Below the pieces are notes generated by a model. The model was given only the letters and a program-made list of their open reading frames with translations, searched no databases and was not told the DNA's origin. A stretch of DNA of 64,000 nt from Podarcis vaucheri (taxonomy: Eukaryota), in assembly GCA_965113315.1 (NCBI GenBank), contig OZ220368.1; one strand, 5' to 3'. The translations under genes and the position numbers were made by a program. Shown in pieces: positions 49,667-62,241 of this stretch; position 1 is the first letter of the stretch, and the number at the start of each line of letters is the position of its first letter.

Positions 49667-50869
49667 TCAAACTTGCTGGTCCATATAGTTTTGTACAGAC
49701 TGCCAGAGAGCACGAATGTTTCCCTCGCCAAAACCTGTGGCCCCACATCGCTCTATAAGCTCCAGGAAGAAAGTATCCTCTGTAAAGAGAGGCTTTGTGA
49801 AGATCTGCATGAGGTATTGCTTCTCACAAAGGCCTCCAGAGCTACCGCTGCCTCCTACGCCAGCGTCCAGAAGGATGCCGTGGTCCTTCAGGAGCTGAAG
49901 ATTTTGCCCAGCTTGCCTTATCTCCTCCACCTTCCTTTTCTCACTGTAGTATGATAAGGGGGGCTTGAAAAAGTTTGCGCCAGATCTGGCCATGGCCGCA
50001 GCGGCTCCTATAATACCTGTGGTGTAGAGTGCCACGTGTTGGATGCCCGATCCACCGTGCTGCTCTAAAAAAGTATCCACCTGGTTCTTCTTTTGATCTG
50101 ACAGAGACTCAGCTAGAATAATTTTACAGTCATTGCAAAGCAGAGTCGGATCGCTTCCATTGGACTGCATGGCAGTAAGACGAAGACCCATACCAGCACC
50201 CTGGATTGTATAGCCATCAGTACCATTGTCTTGCTGGTGGATGGGGAAACGCTGGAATCCCAAACAGTTCTTGTACCAGTCCAACACAGCTTGCGAGCTA
50301 CCTTGGGGGCAAGCATAGGTGATATGGTCAAAATGTGTCACCTGGCCACCCACCTGGACCTTGGGAGCACCCTCCACCATGTGGAAACCAGGTAGGAACG
50401 GTCCGCTGTACCGAGATCTGTCCAGTAGTGTGTGGCTGACGTTGCCTATGATGGATCCCACTACTGAATAAGTGACGTGGCCATTTTCATCTTCCACAGC
50501 TGTGGGAGGGATGAGGATCTGGCATCCTCGTTCCTGTAGGCTTTGGGAGATGCCAGGTACATCTTCTGCCTCAAAGCAAATGTTGGAGGCTGTACTGACG
50601 GCATATTCTAGGTCCACGTCGTACAGAATTCCTTTATCCTTGCGGCAGCCTGAAGATGGCACAGGTGGAGCGTCTCTCTTGGCAGGCTTCAGCCTTTCAT
50701 TGACGAGAAAAATGGCATCCCCTCTTCGGAAAGCCAGCTGCCTGCTCCATTCTGCTACCCGTGCAGCAAACAGCTCGAATCCAAATTGGCGCACCAAGTT
50801 GCTGGCCAGCTGTTGCCCCTCAGGGACGTGGAACCCAATGTGGCACATCCGGTTCAGAAGACCAGGCAT
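49667..50869 (-). CDS. HPDL: 4-hydroxyphenylpyruvate dioxygenase-like protein, single coding exon, 400 aa
   Basis: MPGLLNRMCHIGFHVP...; Fe ligands FDHITY, IQHVAL, FLELIER; C-terminal GFGEGNIRALWQSVQ; synteny. Confidence 0.96.
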   Translation of the reverse strand: MPGLLNRMCHIGFHVPEGQQLASNLVRQFGFELFAARVAEWSRQLAFRRGDAIFLVNERLKPAKRDAPPVPSSGCRKDKGILYDVDLEYAVSTASNICFEAEDVPGISQSLQERGCQILIPPTAVEDENGHVTYSVVGSIIGNVSHTLLDRSRYSGPFLPGFHMVEGAPKVQVGGQVTHFDHITYACPQGSSQAVLDWYKNCLGFQRFPIHQQDNGTDGYTIQGAGMGLRLTAMQSNGSDPTLLCNDCKIILAESLSDQKKNQVDTFLEQHGGSGIQHVALYTTGIIGAAAAMARSGANFFKPPLSYYSEKRKVEEIRQAGQNLQLLKDHGILLDAGVGGSGSSGGLCEKQYLMQIFTKPLFTEDTFFLELIERCGATGFGEGNIRALWQSVQNYMDQQV

Positions 50870-50959
50870 TATGCAGTTCGAAATGGTGGTCAGTGGTAAC
50901 ACAACTTTCGCTGCTAGACCTACAGAAACAGAAAAGAAAGCCAGCTCAGTTGTTGTGGG

Positions 50960-51080
50960 GTGGAGAAGCTCAGTCGGTAGAGCACAATAATCTTGGGGTC
51001 ATGAGTTCGAGTCTCACATTAGGCAAAAGTACCCTGCATTACAGAGGGGGTTGGGCTAGATGACCCTAGTGGTCCCTTCC
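50960..51080 (+). mobile_element. tRNA-derived SINE with CR1-like tail
   Basis: agctcagtcggtagagc A box, gagttcgagtc B box, ctagatgaccc..ggtcccttcc tail. Confidence 0.65.
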
Positions 51081-51329
51081 CTGGATGGGAACAGGGGCCT
51101 GTGCTGTTAGTGCCTCCAGGTTTTGTAGGGGGGCAGGAGGAGGAGGAGGAGGCAGCAGCTCTGTGCCACCTCCCTTCGGCTGACATGTGCCTGAAAAATC
51201 AAAGGAATCCAGGTCAAAGGGGGCGGGGAATCTACTCCTCCCCCAGATATCTCCACGTTTCTCCTTGACTCTCTGCCTAGCTGCAGAGTCTATCTTTTCC
51301 CTCTCTTCCCCCTTTAGATCTTGCCTCAG

Positions 51330-51640
51330 GCCTCCTGAGTGAAAGCTTATCCGCCGTGTGTCTTTGATTCCTCATGCGAAAGTGACTTTCACGTAGCAGG
51401 CAGGCAGGCGCCGGAACTCCTCCTCCCGCCGCTGACTTGAATCTCCCGCAAGGAGGGGCTCCGCAACACGCGGTCGGAAGCGGAAGGCGAGTGTCTCCAA
51501 GGCGCACGTGGAGCTGCGCCAACGTCTTCCACCGGCTCGTAGGTCCTAAGCAAAGGCAATTGCTACGTTTATCAGCCGTTCAGTGGGCTGCGTATACGGG
51601 AGCCGCAATCTCCTTTTCTACAACGCCATTCCCCCTCCGC
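51330..51640 (-). promoter_or_regulatory. CpG-rich HPDL promoter / non-coding first exon region
   Basis: CpG enrichment, cggaag ETS-like sites, cacgtg E-box; lies upstream of the HPDL acceptor at 50920. Confidence 0.6.
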
Positions 51641-51960
51641 CCCCAAAAAAACAACAACCAAGAGCGTTTATTTTACCTTTGTTGTTAACACTGTTTTGTG
51701 CTACAATTATTTTATTTAAAAAATCCCAAGGAATGCTCTTAAAATACATTTCTTTCATACCGCCACCACTGGGTGAGCAGCCTTGTTAAGTATTTGCAGC
51801 GCTTGAAGACTCGCTGTTATTTTTATTTTTGATGTGAGGAGGAGCTTTGCAGTTCAATCCTGAAAGTATTTTTAAGAACAGGCCTTTAGATCGAACCTCC
51901 CCTTTTCACACACTCGTAACAGTTTTAGATTTCAGTGGAAAGGCACATGGAATTGGCATA

Positions 51961-52191
51961 CAGTGGTACTTCGGGTTACATACGCTTCAGGTTACAGACT
52001 CCGCTAACCCAGAAATATTACCTCAGGTTAAGAACTTTGCTTCAGGATGAGAACAGAAATCATGCTCTGGCGGTGCAGCGGCAGCAGGAGGCCCCATTAG
52101 CTAAAGTGGTGCTTCAGGTTAAGAACAGTTTCAGGTTAAATACAGACCTCCAGAACGAATTAAGTACCGTACTTAACCTGAGGTACCACGG
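51961..52191. mobile_element. Tigger-like MITE
   Basis: ta|cagtggtacttcgggtta ... taacctgaggtaccacgg|ta. Confidence 0.75.
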
Positions 52192-53397
52192 TACTTTATG
52201 ATGTTGATGATGGTGACTGATTATTTAATTTTTGTGCTGCTTATTTAAAATATCTCTTAAACGGTTTACAATAAGCTGAAACAGCAACAGCAGACAAAAC
52301 AAAATATTATAAAATACACATAAAAATGTTGCATTAATAGAAAGTTGCCACTATATTTAAATCCATATCAATGCATTTTCCTTCTGACAACACCCTCCCT
52401 CTCAGCACCCAGGGTCAAAACAAACTCTCAGCTCACCAACAAAAGTTTCACAACGAGAAGAGTTCCTGGAAACCTCAGAAATCACCCTAGCCTCAGAAAA
52501 TTGCAGATCCAAAGTGGATGGGACTTCCTCAGGCTGCCCTCAACTGTGTCCCACTCAGCTGCACTCTCTACTCCCAGCTCCAGGTAAAGCAGGTTTGCAT
52601 GTGTCTTTATCAGATCTTGGGAAATACTTTTCTCTCCCTTCAGGGCTTCTAAAGTGGGGTGGGAACTATTGTGAGGGAAAAGAGTGCGTGTGTACTGCTG
52701 GAAAGGTATAGATTTGGAGAAGGCCAATACTTGGGGCGGGGGTTGATTGGAAATGGCCTGTAGGTACTAGTTGTACAGAAACCTGGCAAGGACATAATTT
52801 CTAGGTTCTTACGTTACTCTGCTAGTATGGGATCTGCAGCAGCACCACTCCTGCATGGTACAAGAGTGTATCTTAATGGTTAGCATTGGCACAGGAAGAA
52901 GCTGTGATGTGGGCTTTGTTACTCATGGTCTGGGCTTCTCACTGTTACCCCAGCAATGCAAGAAGGAGCAGCACTGCAGCACTTCCAGCGTTGTTGGGGT
53001 AACATGAGTACGGGGCCTTAAGGGGCAGTCTGGAAGCCATATAATCTGCTCAGGAAATCCTGTTTCAAAATGTATTATACATGACAGCTTCTCTCTTGCA
53101 AGGCAGAGGTGTTCTGTACATGTTCAGAGGAACTCTATTTCACTTGTACCTCACATCACTCAATCAATTCACTTTTATTATCCCCGAAAACTAGTTTTCC
53201 ACCCAGGTTCTCTCATGTCAGTTCACATTCAGTTAAATTTCCTCCAACCCTATAGTTGACTACTCATTGTCAAATCTGTCCTCTCATATACTTTAGAGTA
53301 GGAATATTAGGGAGTTCATGCCTGAATTGGAAACTCAAAGGAACTGTTTTTCATATACTCATGGATATCTCATCATGCTGTACCAGTCCTACTAGTT

Positions 53398-53777
53398 GGA
53401 CGCGGGTGGCACTGTGGTCTAAACCACTGAGCCTCTTGCCAATTTGAAGGTCGGCAGTTTGAATCTGCTCGATGGGGTGAGCTCCTGTTGCTCTGTCCCA
53501 GCTTCTGCCAACCTAGCAGTTCAAATCACACCAGTGCAAATAGATAAATATGTACCGCTGTGGCAGGAAGGTAAACGGTGTTTCCGTGCGCTCTGGCTTT
53601 CATCACAGTGTTGTGTTGCACTAGAAGCAGTTTAGTCATGCTGGTCAAATGACTCGGAAAGTTGTCTGTGGACAAATGCTAGTTCCCTCGGCCTGAAAGT
53701 GAGATGAGCACCACAACCCCCTAGTTGCCTTTGACTGGACTTAACCATCCAGCGGCCCTTTACCTTTTATCTTTACC
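53398..53777 (+). mobile_element. Sauria SINE, older copy
   Basis: ggacgcgggtggcactgtgg head, conserved gccaacctagcagttc core, accttt-like tail. Confidence 0.85.
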
Positions 53778-53893
53778 TACTAATCTTAAAACAATTTTTC
53801 ATCTAAAGCAAAAAGTCAACATATACCACCCGATTACAGTAATGCAAGTTGAGTGGGGACAATTTGTCTCTTTTGGAATCTGTTGCCTGTAAC

Positions 53894-54029
53894 CAGAGCT
53901 TCTTTTCATCCAGAACTCACCGGAACTCAGTTCCAGCATCTTTCAGGCGGACACCGTTGCCATGATAAGAGAACAATGGAGGCATTCATGGTGAGTTCCG
54001 GCACTTCTTTTTCTAGAAAAATAGCACTG
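53894..54029. mobile_element. hAT MITE
   Basis: cagagct...agcactg termini; 8-bp TSD cctgtaac. Confidence 0.8.
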
Positions 54030-55551
54030 CCTGTAACAATTGCTTCCTTTTGCTTTATAGCAATACCAGTAATGTATTCCTCAATGCAACTGAAATCTGC
54101 CAGGATGCAGTCCTGTCTTCTTCCAAGAGCATAATGCTTTCCAGTGTTCCTGGCCTGGTACTGCATGGTATTTCTTCAGTTCCTGAATGTGATGTCTCTG
54201 AATGAAAAACAAGTACCGCTGGGTGTATGGCAGTGGTGAACGCAATTCATGCTGCTCTCAAATTCTTCAAGGACATCTGTGTATCTAGCCCCCAGCCAAG
54301 CACCTCCTCTCTCCCAGCCCCTTCTGGGTGGAGAGACCTTGAATGAGAGATAAAGTATGCCACAGCCAGCCTGGGGATAAGAGAACAGAGCTACAGCAAG
54401 ACTGTCATAGATTGGAGTAGAACAACAGCTGGAGTCACCTGAGAAAAGGCAAAGTATCACCTGGTGGGAATTCTTGGTGCAGACTTGTTGGGAAGGGGGG
54501 TGACAATGTCTATTAAGTTCAATTTCTGCAGTTGGTCGATATAGCTGGTGCTTTGGAGGCTCATGAGAAATATTTATCACAATGAAGTTAGAGCAGAAAG
54601 GTTCCAAACAAGGAAGGTAAAGTTGTGCTACTGCTTCCTAGAACAAAGTCTTGGTGGATTCCTGAGAGGCCCAACATTGGCAAGGTGTCAAATCACCTTT
54701 GACTGAACCACCTTTTGTGGGTGAGACTGTGAGAGGTTTTGAATCTTGCCAAGATAAGCATTATCTGATCTCTGAGTTGTTCCTAATCTACTACTACTAC
54801 TACCACCACCCCAAGGCTGTTTTTCTTGGATGTGGGAAGGTGAGGAGTATATGGGAGGGAATTGCACACAGCCTGTGTGGTGGCAAGCAGAGGATGATGG
54901 GGACGTTGTGACCAGCTTTAGAATGCAAGCGCCTTCTTCTACTGATGGACTCAAAAGCTTGGACCCTGTTCCAGAGGACAATTAGGGGAGGGGAATATCC
55001 TGCCAAGATTTGGTCCAACCAAAGGCGTTGCCTTCCCTGTTTTGCCACTTTCTGGGATCAACAAGGGCTTTCTAAATAACTATTTTTATTGAGCGATTAG
55101 GGTGGTGTGGCTGAATCATGCTGGGTTTCTGTGGCTTGTTTTTACAAGTTTAACAAGGCTTGGGTGTGTGTCCTTTTCTAACCAGTGTATTGGAAAGCAA
55201 CAAGACTCTTGCTGAGATTTCATCCATGTGATTAATATGTGTGGCTCACCAGAACTGTGCAAAACAGGCTGGCTCCCAGAGAGGAGCTTTCACCTGCTTT
55301 GTTACTCCCAGGCTTTTTAGCTCAGTTGGGTAGCTAAGCTGCAATATGTAGCCAGTAACAAATACTGTAGATAATTGTTAAGGAGGCAAGAGCTTAATCA
55401 GTATCCCAAGTTCAGACAACTCACTAAGCCACCCTTCGCTTTGGTGCTGCACCCCACTGAGCTAAAGGGGCCACAGAGGAGCGGCTGTAATCTTTTCCCC
55501 AGCAGACAGTTCACAATAAACTATGGCTTTGCTTAGCATTAGATGTTAAGA

Positions 55552-55799
55552 GAGAGCCAGTGTGGTGTAGTGGTTAAGAGCGGTAGTCACGTAATCTGGG
55601 AAACCGGGTTCGTGTCTCCGCTCCTCCACACGCAGCTGCTGGGTGACCTTGGGCTAGTCACACTTCTGTGAAGTCTCTCAGCCCCACTCACCTCACAGAG
55701 TGTTTGTTGTGGGGGAGGAAGGGAAAGGAGAATGTTAGCCGCTTTGAGACTCCTGAAGGGGAGTGAAAGGCGGGATATCAAATCCAAACTCTTCTTCTT
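55552..55799 (+). mobile_element. Squam3-like SINE, full length
   Basis: tRNA-like head and (CTT)n tail. Confidence 0.88.
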
Positions 55800-56908
55800 A
55801 ATGCAGCCAGAGCTGTAAAAAAAATGTGGGGGAGAAACTAACAGTGATTCTGGACTTTCACTATCCTGCAGAAGGGATGCAAATACATGCTGGAAATTTA
55901 GATTTGCACAGTTAAAGCAAATTAAAGGATTCTGGGCAACAAATCCACTTCACACAAAAACACCAGACTTTTTGCAGTTTGGAAAGTGATGGGGAAATGG
56001 ACTGAAAACATGTGCAATGAGCAAATGACTAATGGGAAGACGTATAAACACCCTGCAAGCAAATCTGAATGGATGCTAATTGTCATATAACTAACTACCC
56101 TGCAAACAAATCAGAATGAATACTCAGCAAAGACTAGCTAAAGTATAACTTTGGTGTAAGCTTTGTGCAAGCAAATCAGGATGAATGTCAATAAACAGGG
56201 GGCTCTGGGTTAGGAATACAGTTTGTTGCGTAAGATGCACATGAGAATTCTCTGCTTTTAGTTTGCTGACAACAGAGGAAGACAGTGCTTTTTCCCCTCT
56301 TTGCTTTTTGAACAGTTCTTAATTTCTAGCAAAACTTATACTGGAGCGTTCATCTATGTAGGAAACATGCCATCACATCATCACCCCTGCTTTGTATTTA
56401 TAAAAGTATAGGGAAAGGGAAACTGCAGTTGTTTAGTAACAAGTGAAAAACATATGCTCAGATGCACACTATTCCTAAATTCTAAGTGCAGGGAGGAAGG
56501 GGAAGCTGCAGCTGCTAAGCAGCATGGGGAATTACTCTGAATATGCTCAGAGGCACACTCTTTATTAATGTTTAACTTTTTGTGCATTCTCTCCCATGGT
56601 TATCTGACTCATATAGTGCCCCACTTGTAAAATGGAGCCAATATCCTTTAAAAGCAATAGGGTGCCTATATGTATCTTAACGTATGTGAATTGCATTGTG
56701 GCCTATGGCTTACCTGATTGCGTTTGTCTGGTTTAGATATTTGCTTGCATTCATTTTTAGATCCCACTTTCTGCTTGAGGCATGTTTCAGTCCAGATTGT
56801 GTTGTCTTTACCATTGTCTGCCAAACCAGAGTGCTTGGCTGCCAGACTCCTTCCTTGGCCCTATCTGCTCATCAAATTATGTTGGGACAACACAGTACTA
56901 GGCATACT

Positions 56909-57045
56909 CAGTGCTTCCCCCCCCCCCAGGGGATACTCAAGGGTACGCAATACCAGCACCTCCTTCTGTTGTTGTTAAAAAGTGTGGCACTTACTGTAAC
57001 AACTTCATGGTACCAGCACCTATGTTTCTAGAAAAAAAAGCACTG
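56909..57045. mobile_element. hAT MITE
   Basis: cagtgctt/aagcactg TIR; 8-bp TSD ggcatact. Confidence 0.82.
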
Positions 57046-57084
57046 GGCATACTGTGTACCATTCAGGTCACCTCCCCTAAAAAT

Positions 57085-57400
57085 ATACTCTGTAGAGTTG
57101 GAAAACTTTCAGAAAAGGCAAGGGCAACTAAAATGATCAAAGGGCTGGTACAACCGTCTTATGAGGAAAGGTTACAACATTTAGGGATTTCCAGATTAGA
57201 AAAAAGGTGTATAAGGTAGGGACATGATAGTGATGTCTACAATGATGCATGGCATGGAGAACGTGGGTGGAGAGAAGCTGTTCTCTGTCTTCCAGAATAT
57301 TAGGCCTTCCAATGAAGCTGAACATTGGAAAATTCAGGGCGGACTAAAAGAAGTACTATATAAGTACTTGCTCTCACAGGATGTGGAGATAGCCACTATT
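57085..57400 (+). mobile_element. CR1 LINE ORF2 3' fragment (3' end continues at ~58175..58425)
   Basis: RATKMIKGL..PSYEERLQHLG..RLEKR resembles the CR1 ORF2 C-terminus; ggtctgatccagcagg...atgttctta tail. Confidence 0.8.
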
Positions 57401-57591
57401 TTGGAGGTGCATCTGGTAAACAAAATGTATTGAGGAGTTAGTGATCTGACACGGTTACCCTTCCTGCCTCTGTTCCTTCCCCCTCCCTTGCTCTTGTTAG
57501 TTGTTTTGATGCTGTGAGAACAGTCTTTAATGTCCTGAGAACTTTGAGAGGAGGTGAAGCCCCACACACAGCTGTCTTCATCAGTTGTGGA

Positions 57592-57808
57592 GAAGAAGAA
57601 GAGTTTGGAGTCTCAAAGCGGCTAACAATCTCCTTTCCCTTCCTCCCCCACAACAAACACTCTGTGAGGTGAGTGGGGCTGAGAGACTTCAAAGAAGTGT
57701 GACTGGCCCAAGGTCACCCAGCAGCTGCATGTGGAGGAGCGGAGACGCGAACCCGGTTGCCCAGACTACGTGACTACCTCTCTTAACCACTACACCACAC
57801 TGGCTCTC
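57592..57808 (-). mobile_element. Squam3-like SINE
   Basis: Reverse complement of 55552..55799 with a deletion before the tail. Confidence 0.85.
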
Positions 57809-58656
57809 AAGGATAATTCCCTGGAGGATAATTCTGGGTGCCTTCTTTGATGCTGGACATTGTTTTGAGAAAGTGAGGCCTTGGGAGGGGGTGGCTATTG
57901 GATGATCTGCACATAGCCAGTCTTGGAAGCCACACAGCTTATCTATAATATCGGACGGTTTGGGCAGAGTTTGTTTGAAGCTCATGCATGGACTGATTGG
58001 CCACAGGGCTGTGCAAACTGAGGGTACCTGGGGGAGTCGCTTCGCCGCTTCTTGGGGGCTTCCAAGTGGCAGATTGAAGTGCTTGCTTGGTACATGTATC
58101 CCTTCTTGCTGTTTTAGAATAAAATCTTTAAACTTCTCGCTCACCTGTGTATTTTGTATTGCTTCTGAATCTCATTTTAAAAGAACCACCTTGCCTTTGG
58201 CAAGACAGGAGGATTAGACAAATTCATGGAGGGCAGGGCTATTCATAACCACTAGATATGATGGATACCTCCACTGTCCGAGACACCTCTGCATGCCAGT
58301 CAATGGGAACCACACATAGAGGGAGTGCTGTGGCACTAGGCATCTGGATGGCCACTGTGAGAACAGGATGCTGGATGAGATGAGCCTTTGGTCTGATCCA
58401 GCAGGTCTCTTCATATGTTCTTAATGACCATGCTGGGAGTTGTACTGCAACAATATCCAGAGGGCCACAGGATAGCAACAACCCTTGCTGTAGCTGAAAT
58501 CCTGGGCAGCTGATATGTGAGTGTGTCTTTAAGCATCCATTACTGTCGCTTTCAAATACAGGGCACTAGGGCATCCATGTAGGACAAGCCTACCTATGTT
58601 TACTAAGAAGAAAGTCTTCTGAGACTAAGAGGCTGCATCTGGCCTGCTGAGGGAAG

Positions 58657-58747
58657 TTTTTTATTAAGAATTTCAACATAACAAATTATCAAAACATATC
58701 ATATTCATTATTTTCCCCCCTTCGAACCCCCCCCCAAAAAAAACTTC
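58657..58747 (-). mobile_element. Very short retroposed insertion (probable L1 3' end)
   Basis: 14-bp TSD cctgctgagggaag (58643-58656 and 58748-58761); ttttttatt start reads AATAAAAAA on the minus strand. Confidence 0.7.
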
Positions 58748-58816
58748 CCTGCTGAGGGAAGATCTTATGGTCTTAAGCTTCTCTCTTCTACTTTAGGCTG
58801 AAGGGAGGTGGCCAGG

Positions 58817-59031
58817 ATGGGCTATTCAGCCCTAGCCACAACAACCTTGCTGCTGCTCCTGGCAATTGCTGCTACGCTGGCAGACGTGGCTGAGAACAGG
58901 ACCCGAATATGCCAGCCTGCACCACTCTGGAAGATCAATGGGGTGGCCCCCATGGCTGGGATGGAGGGCCAAGTGACAGTGGTGGCACTGTTGAAAGCCA
59001 GCTGACAGTTCTGTCTCAAGCAGGCCGCCAG
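58817..59031 (+). CDS. SELENOP2: SELENOP2 first coding exon with the Sec UGA
   Basis: ctttag acceptor at 58796, aggATGg, gtgag donor. Confidence 0.93.
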
Positions 59032-62000
59032 GTGAGTTCATAGAGAAGGTTGCCTGAGTCAGGGGCTGTTAGGTCGCAGCCACACCATACATTTGACGCA
59101 CATGGCTTTCCCCAAAGAGTCATGGGAACCGCAGTTTAAGAGTGCTGGGAACTGTAGCTCTCTGAGGGGGTAAATCACAGTTCCCATAATGCTTTGGGGA
59201 AAGTCACATGCTTTAAAAAGATGGTCTGGATGTGACTAGAAAGTCAGATATGTGTTGGAACCCTGTATCTGGTGTTCAGTGGCAATATCACAGCTTAGGG
59301 ACAAAGGTCACATCTTTGTCCCTAAGCTTTCTACCAGGAAACACAGAACTGAACTGATTGTTTATAAGCTCCAGTTCAGCAATCAAAAATTGAGGCCTGG
59401 GCTACAGCAGGCCAGATATAACATGCATATAGATGGTGGATGCAATTTTCCTGGTGAATTACAGCTCAAGTATAATATGTATCATGTAACTTATTGCTGG
59501 ATCTATGTAGCAGGAACTGCTGTAATGGCAAGTCCAGTGAACTGATAAAGGAAGGGGCCTCCGTCCAGCAGTGCAGGCTCATATCCCACATGGTATGTGC
59601 AGAGGGCAAGGGCTGGAACCTATAATTGTGCACTGCATTTCCTAAACGTTGCTTGTTCTTCCTACCCACCAGCCTTGGCAGCTTGCAGAGGAAGCTGTCA
59701 CTTGAAGGAGTGACCAATGTCAGCTTCATGATTGTGAATGAGAAGACTCCTTTCTCCAGGGCTATGTACTGGGAGCTCAAACGGCATGCCCCAGAGGGAG
59801 TCCCTGTTTACCAGCAGCAGATTCTGGAGCCTGACGTCTGGCAAATTCTAGATGGGGACAAGGATGACTTCCTGATCTATGACAGGTCAGTGCTTAAGGG
59901 AGCAATTCTAACTCCCCACCCACCCAGACTGATAGGGTTTTTGGAGAGTCAGGGCCACTGCTGTGCATAGCAGCCGGGGCAGAAGGGAGGGAAGGCAGAT
60001 CACTGAGCCAGCTTGGAGCTGGTGCAGCAATTGAGCCTGGAAGAAGCCCAGTTCTGGCAGTGGGACCATCTCAGGATCCAATGAACTGCAGGGCGGCTCA
60101 GTCCAGCTCCTTCCTTGGCTGCTGAAAGTCCCTGCTGCCACCAGCAGGGATCCCATCAGCAGCACTAGCGGGGGCAGAAGAGGGTGCTCCGTAGGCAGCT
60201 GCTGGTGGGAGGCCAATGGGGGTCTGCAGGCCTGGGCAGAAGGAAGGAAAGTAAGATATATGGAATTCAGGATTCTTGAATACATTATCAAAAAGTCTGT
60301 TTGAGGACACATCTGGAAAGAAAGGACATACCATGATGTAAATGTTTCTCTTTACCATCATGTCTCACAACTATTGGTGAGAAAAACCAGATTATTCAGG
60401 CCAGGTTAGATTCATTTCCAGTGTAAATTAGTGGATTACAGGCTCTCCTGACACTAACTTTATGTCCATTTGTTTCATGGCTCTCGGGCTTTGCAGGTGC
60501 AGCAGGCTGGCTTTCCACATCCAGCTGCCATACAGTTTTCTGCACTTGCCCTATGTTGAAGCAGCCGTGCGGTACACACACAGCAAAGACTACTGTGGCA
60601 ATTGTTCCTGGTACCCCTCTAACAGCAGCCAGGAGGTAGGGACTTGAATCCCCTCATCAACTTCCTTTTCAACTATTTTATTTAAGCCAGACATTTCCTC
60701 ATTTGCCCATCCTGAACTTCTGCCTGGGAATTCTAGGTTTCTGATCAGATCGGTCTTACAGCAGGAATGTGGGAGGAGAAGGTGGAAGGGAGGGTTTTAT
60801 TATATTGGGCCACTACAGCAAGCAAGGAGAAAGGATGTTGAGATACCACAAAGCAGGAAGTAAACCATCTTGAAATAAAAACCTCAGAAGCAAATTGCAG
60901 GTGGAGACACCAGGTCTGCCGCAGTCACAGATAGTGTAGTGTGGAGGGGTCCAGGAGAACCCAGGTGGGAGGACATGCTAACCCCCCCCCCCACTTTCAG
61001 CTTCTCACACTCCCCCAAGTGCTTTTCTCCCCAGTTGAGTTCAGATACTAAAAGTGAGATTGACTTGGAGAAAGACACTTTGGAACAGAAGCTGTGTGGC
61101 ATCAAGTGCAGGAAAGGTTTGGTTCCCCTCACCCAGGCACCCCTTTTCTCTAAAGTCAACCCCACCTTCCTGTTTTGCACATGGTGGGGCAAGACCTGGA
61201 TCTGCTGCTATCATGTACTGCTTGAGCCTCACCCAGTAGCCATTGTCTGCCCTCAGTTATTGAAAAAAATAAATTAACACCCTTAATTTGTCAGGTTGAA
61301 GTGCTTCCTGTTCCCAATGAATGGGAGCATGTTGTTCCTTGGACAGAAGAAATAATAACTGCTGTCTTGTCCTGTGGTGTCACTTCCTGCCCCATCAGTG
61401 ATCTGAAAGTTCATTCCTCAAGGTGGGATTGCGGGAGGACCCTGATGTATTACCTATTTTAGTTTTTTGCTGCCCCGATAGCCAATGCAGCAAAATATTA
61501 TAAATACCTTTTAAGCCATTTCGACCATAACGAGAGTGAAGTCAAACAGATCTCCTTCCAGGAGTCGGTGCAGGTTTTTCTGATCTGGAGAAATCAAACC
61601 TTCTTCCCTCCCTGCTCTTTTGAGAGAGATATGTACTTGGCTTAAACTCCTGTGCAGCTTTTTGCCTCTCAAACTTTGGGCTTTTAAAAACCATTTCTAC
61701 GCCTAAACATCCAGCATGTTTACTCATTTAAACTTCTATTTTACACATTCTTTAAAACCACTTTTTAAGTGACTGCCAGGCAATCACCATTCTTCACAGC
61801 CAATTTCTCCTGAAAACAGAAAGTAGCAGTTGTTCTGAGCTCAGTTGATTTTGGAAGTTTACATATTTTGTCAAAAAGGGCTGAATTCAGATCACTTCAG
61901 ATATATACATCCATCTTCACTTTAAAAAATGTGTTTCTGTCTTCACCCTAAGCCCATCTGTATACTAGAATCTTTCATTACCTTCACAGGTGAATAAGAC

Positions 62001-62241
62001 AGCAAGTACTAACGTGACGACAACTGAGGCATCTGGACACAAAGAGAAGCACCTGGAAGAACCCAGGTACCATCACGATGAGCCAAGCCAAGAAGCACCT
62101 AACCCCAAGCACACAGCCCATCACTATTCACATCATGGAGGAGTTGGCAACCATAAAGCCTTGGGTTTGAGCAGTACACACCAGCCAGTTCTCCACTCTC
62201 AGAATCGCTCACAGAAGCATCAAACAAGGGAATCCCCATAA
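58817..62241 (+). CDS. SELENOP2: Selenoprotein P2 (SelPb); join(58817..59031,59673..59885,60497..60635,61990..62241), 272 aa, Sec at codon 63
   Basis: Signal peptide; GQVTVVALLKAS-U-QFC (UxxC, TGA 59003-59005); DVWQILDGDKDDFLIYDR|C; LPYSFLHLPYVE; CGNCS; His-rich tail; no Sec-rich C-terminus; SECIS downstream. Confidence 0.93.
59673..59885 (+). CDS. SELENOP2: SELENOP2 coding exon
   Basis: accag / gtcag; NVSFMIVNE...GDKDDFLIYD. Confidence 0.94.
60497..60635 (+). CDS. SELENOP2: SELENOP2 coding exon
   Basis: ttgcag / gtagg; CSRLAFHIQLPYSFL...CGNCS. Confidence 0.93.
61990..62241 (+). CDS. SELENOP2: SELENOP2 terminal His-rich exon
   Basis: cacag acceptor; HHDE...HHYSHH; TAA. Confidence 0.85.
   Translation: MNKTASTNVTTTEASGHKEKHLEEPRYHHDEPSQEAPNPKHTAHHYSHHGGVGNHKALGLSSTHQPVLHSQNRSQKHQTRESP

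Noticed and set aside
49667-50902. 411-aa HPDL start given in the ORF track
   Set aside because: It begins at a non-ATG codon; homology starts at ATG 50869 (MPGLLNRMCH).
50472-50990. 172-aa plus-strand ORF
   Set aside because: Antisense shadow of the HPDL CDS.
58808-59005. 65-aa ORF ending in TGA read as a short peptide or a nonsense pseudogene
   Set aside because: The TGA is the Sec codon of the UxxC motif; the frame continues and a SECIS is present.
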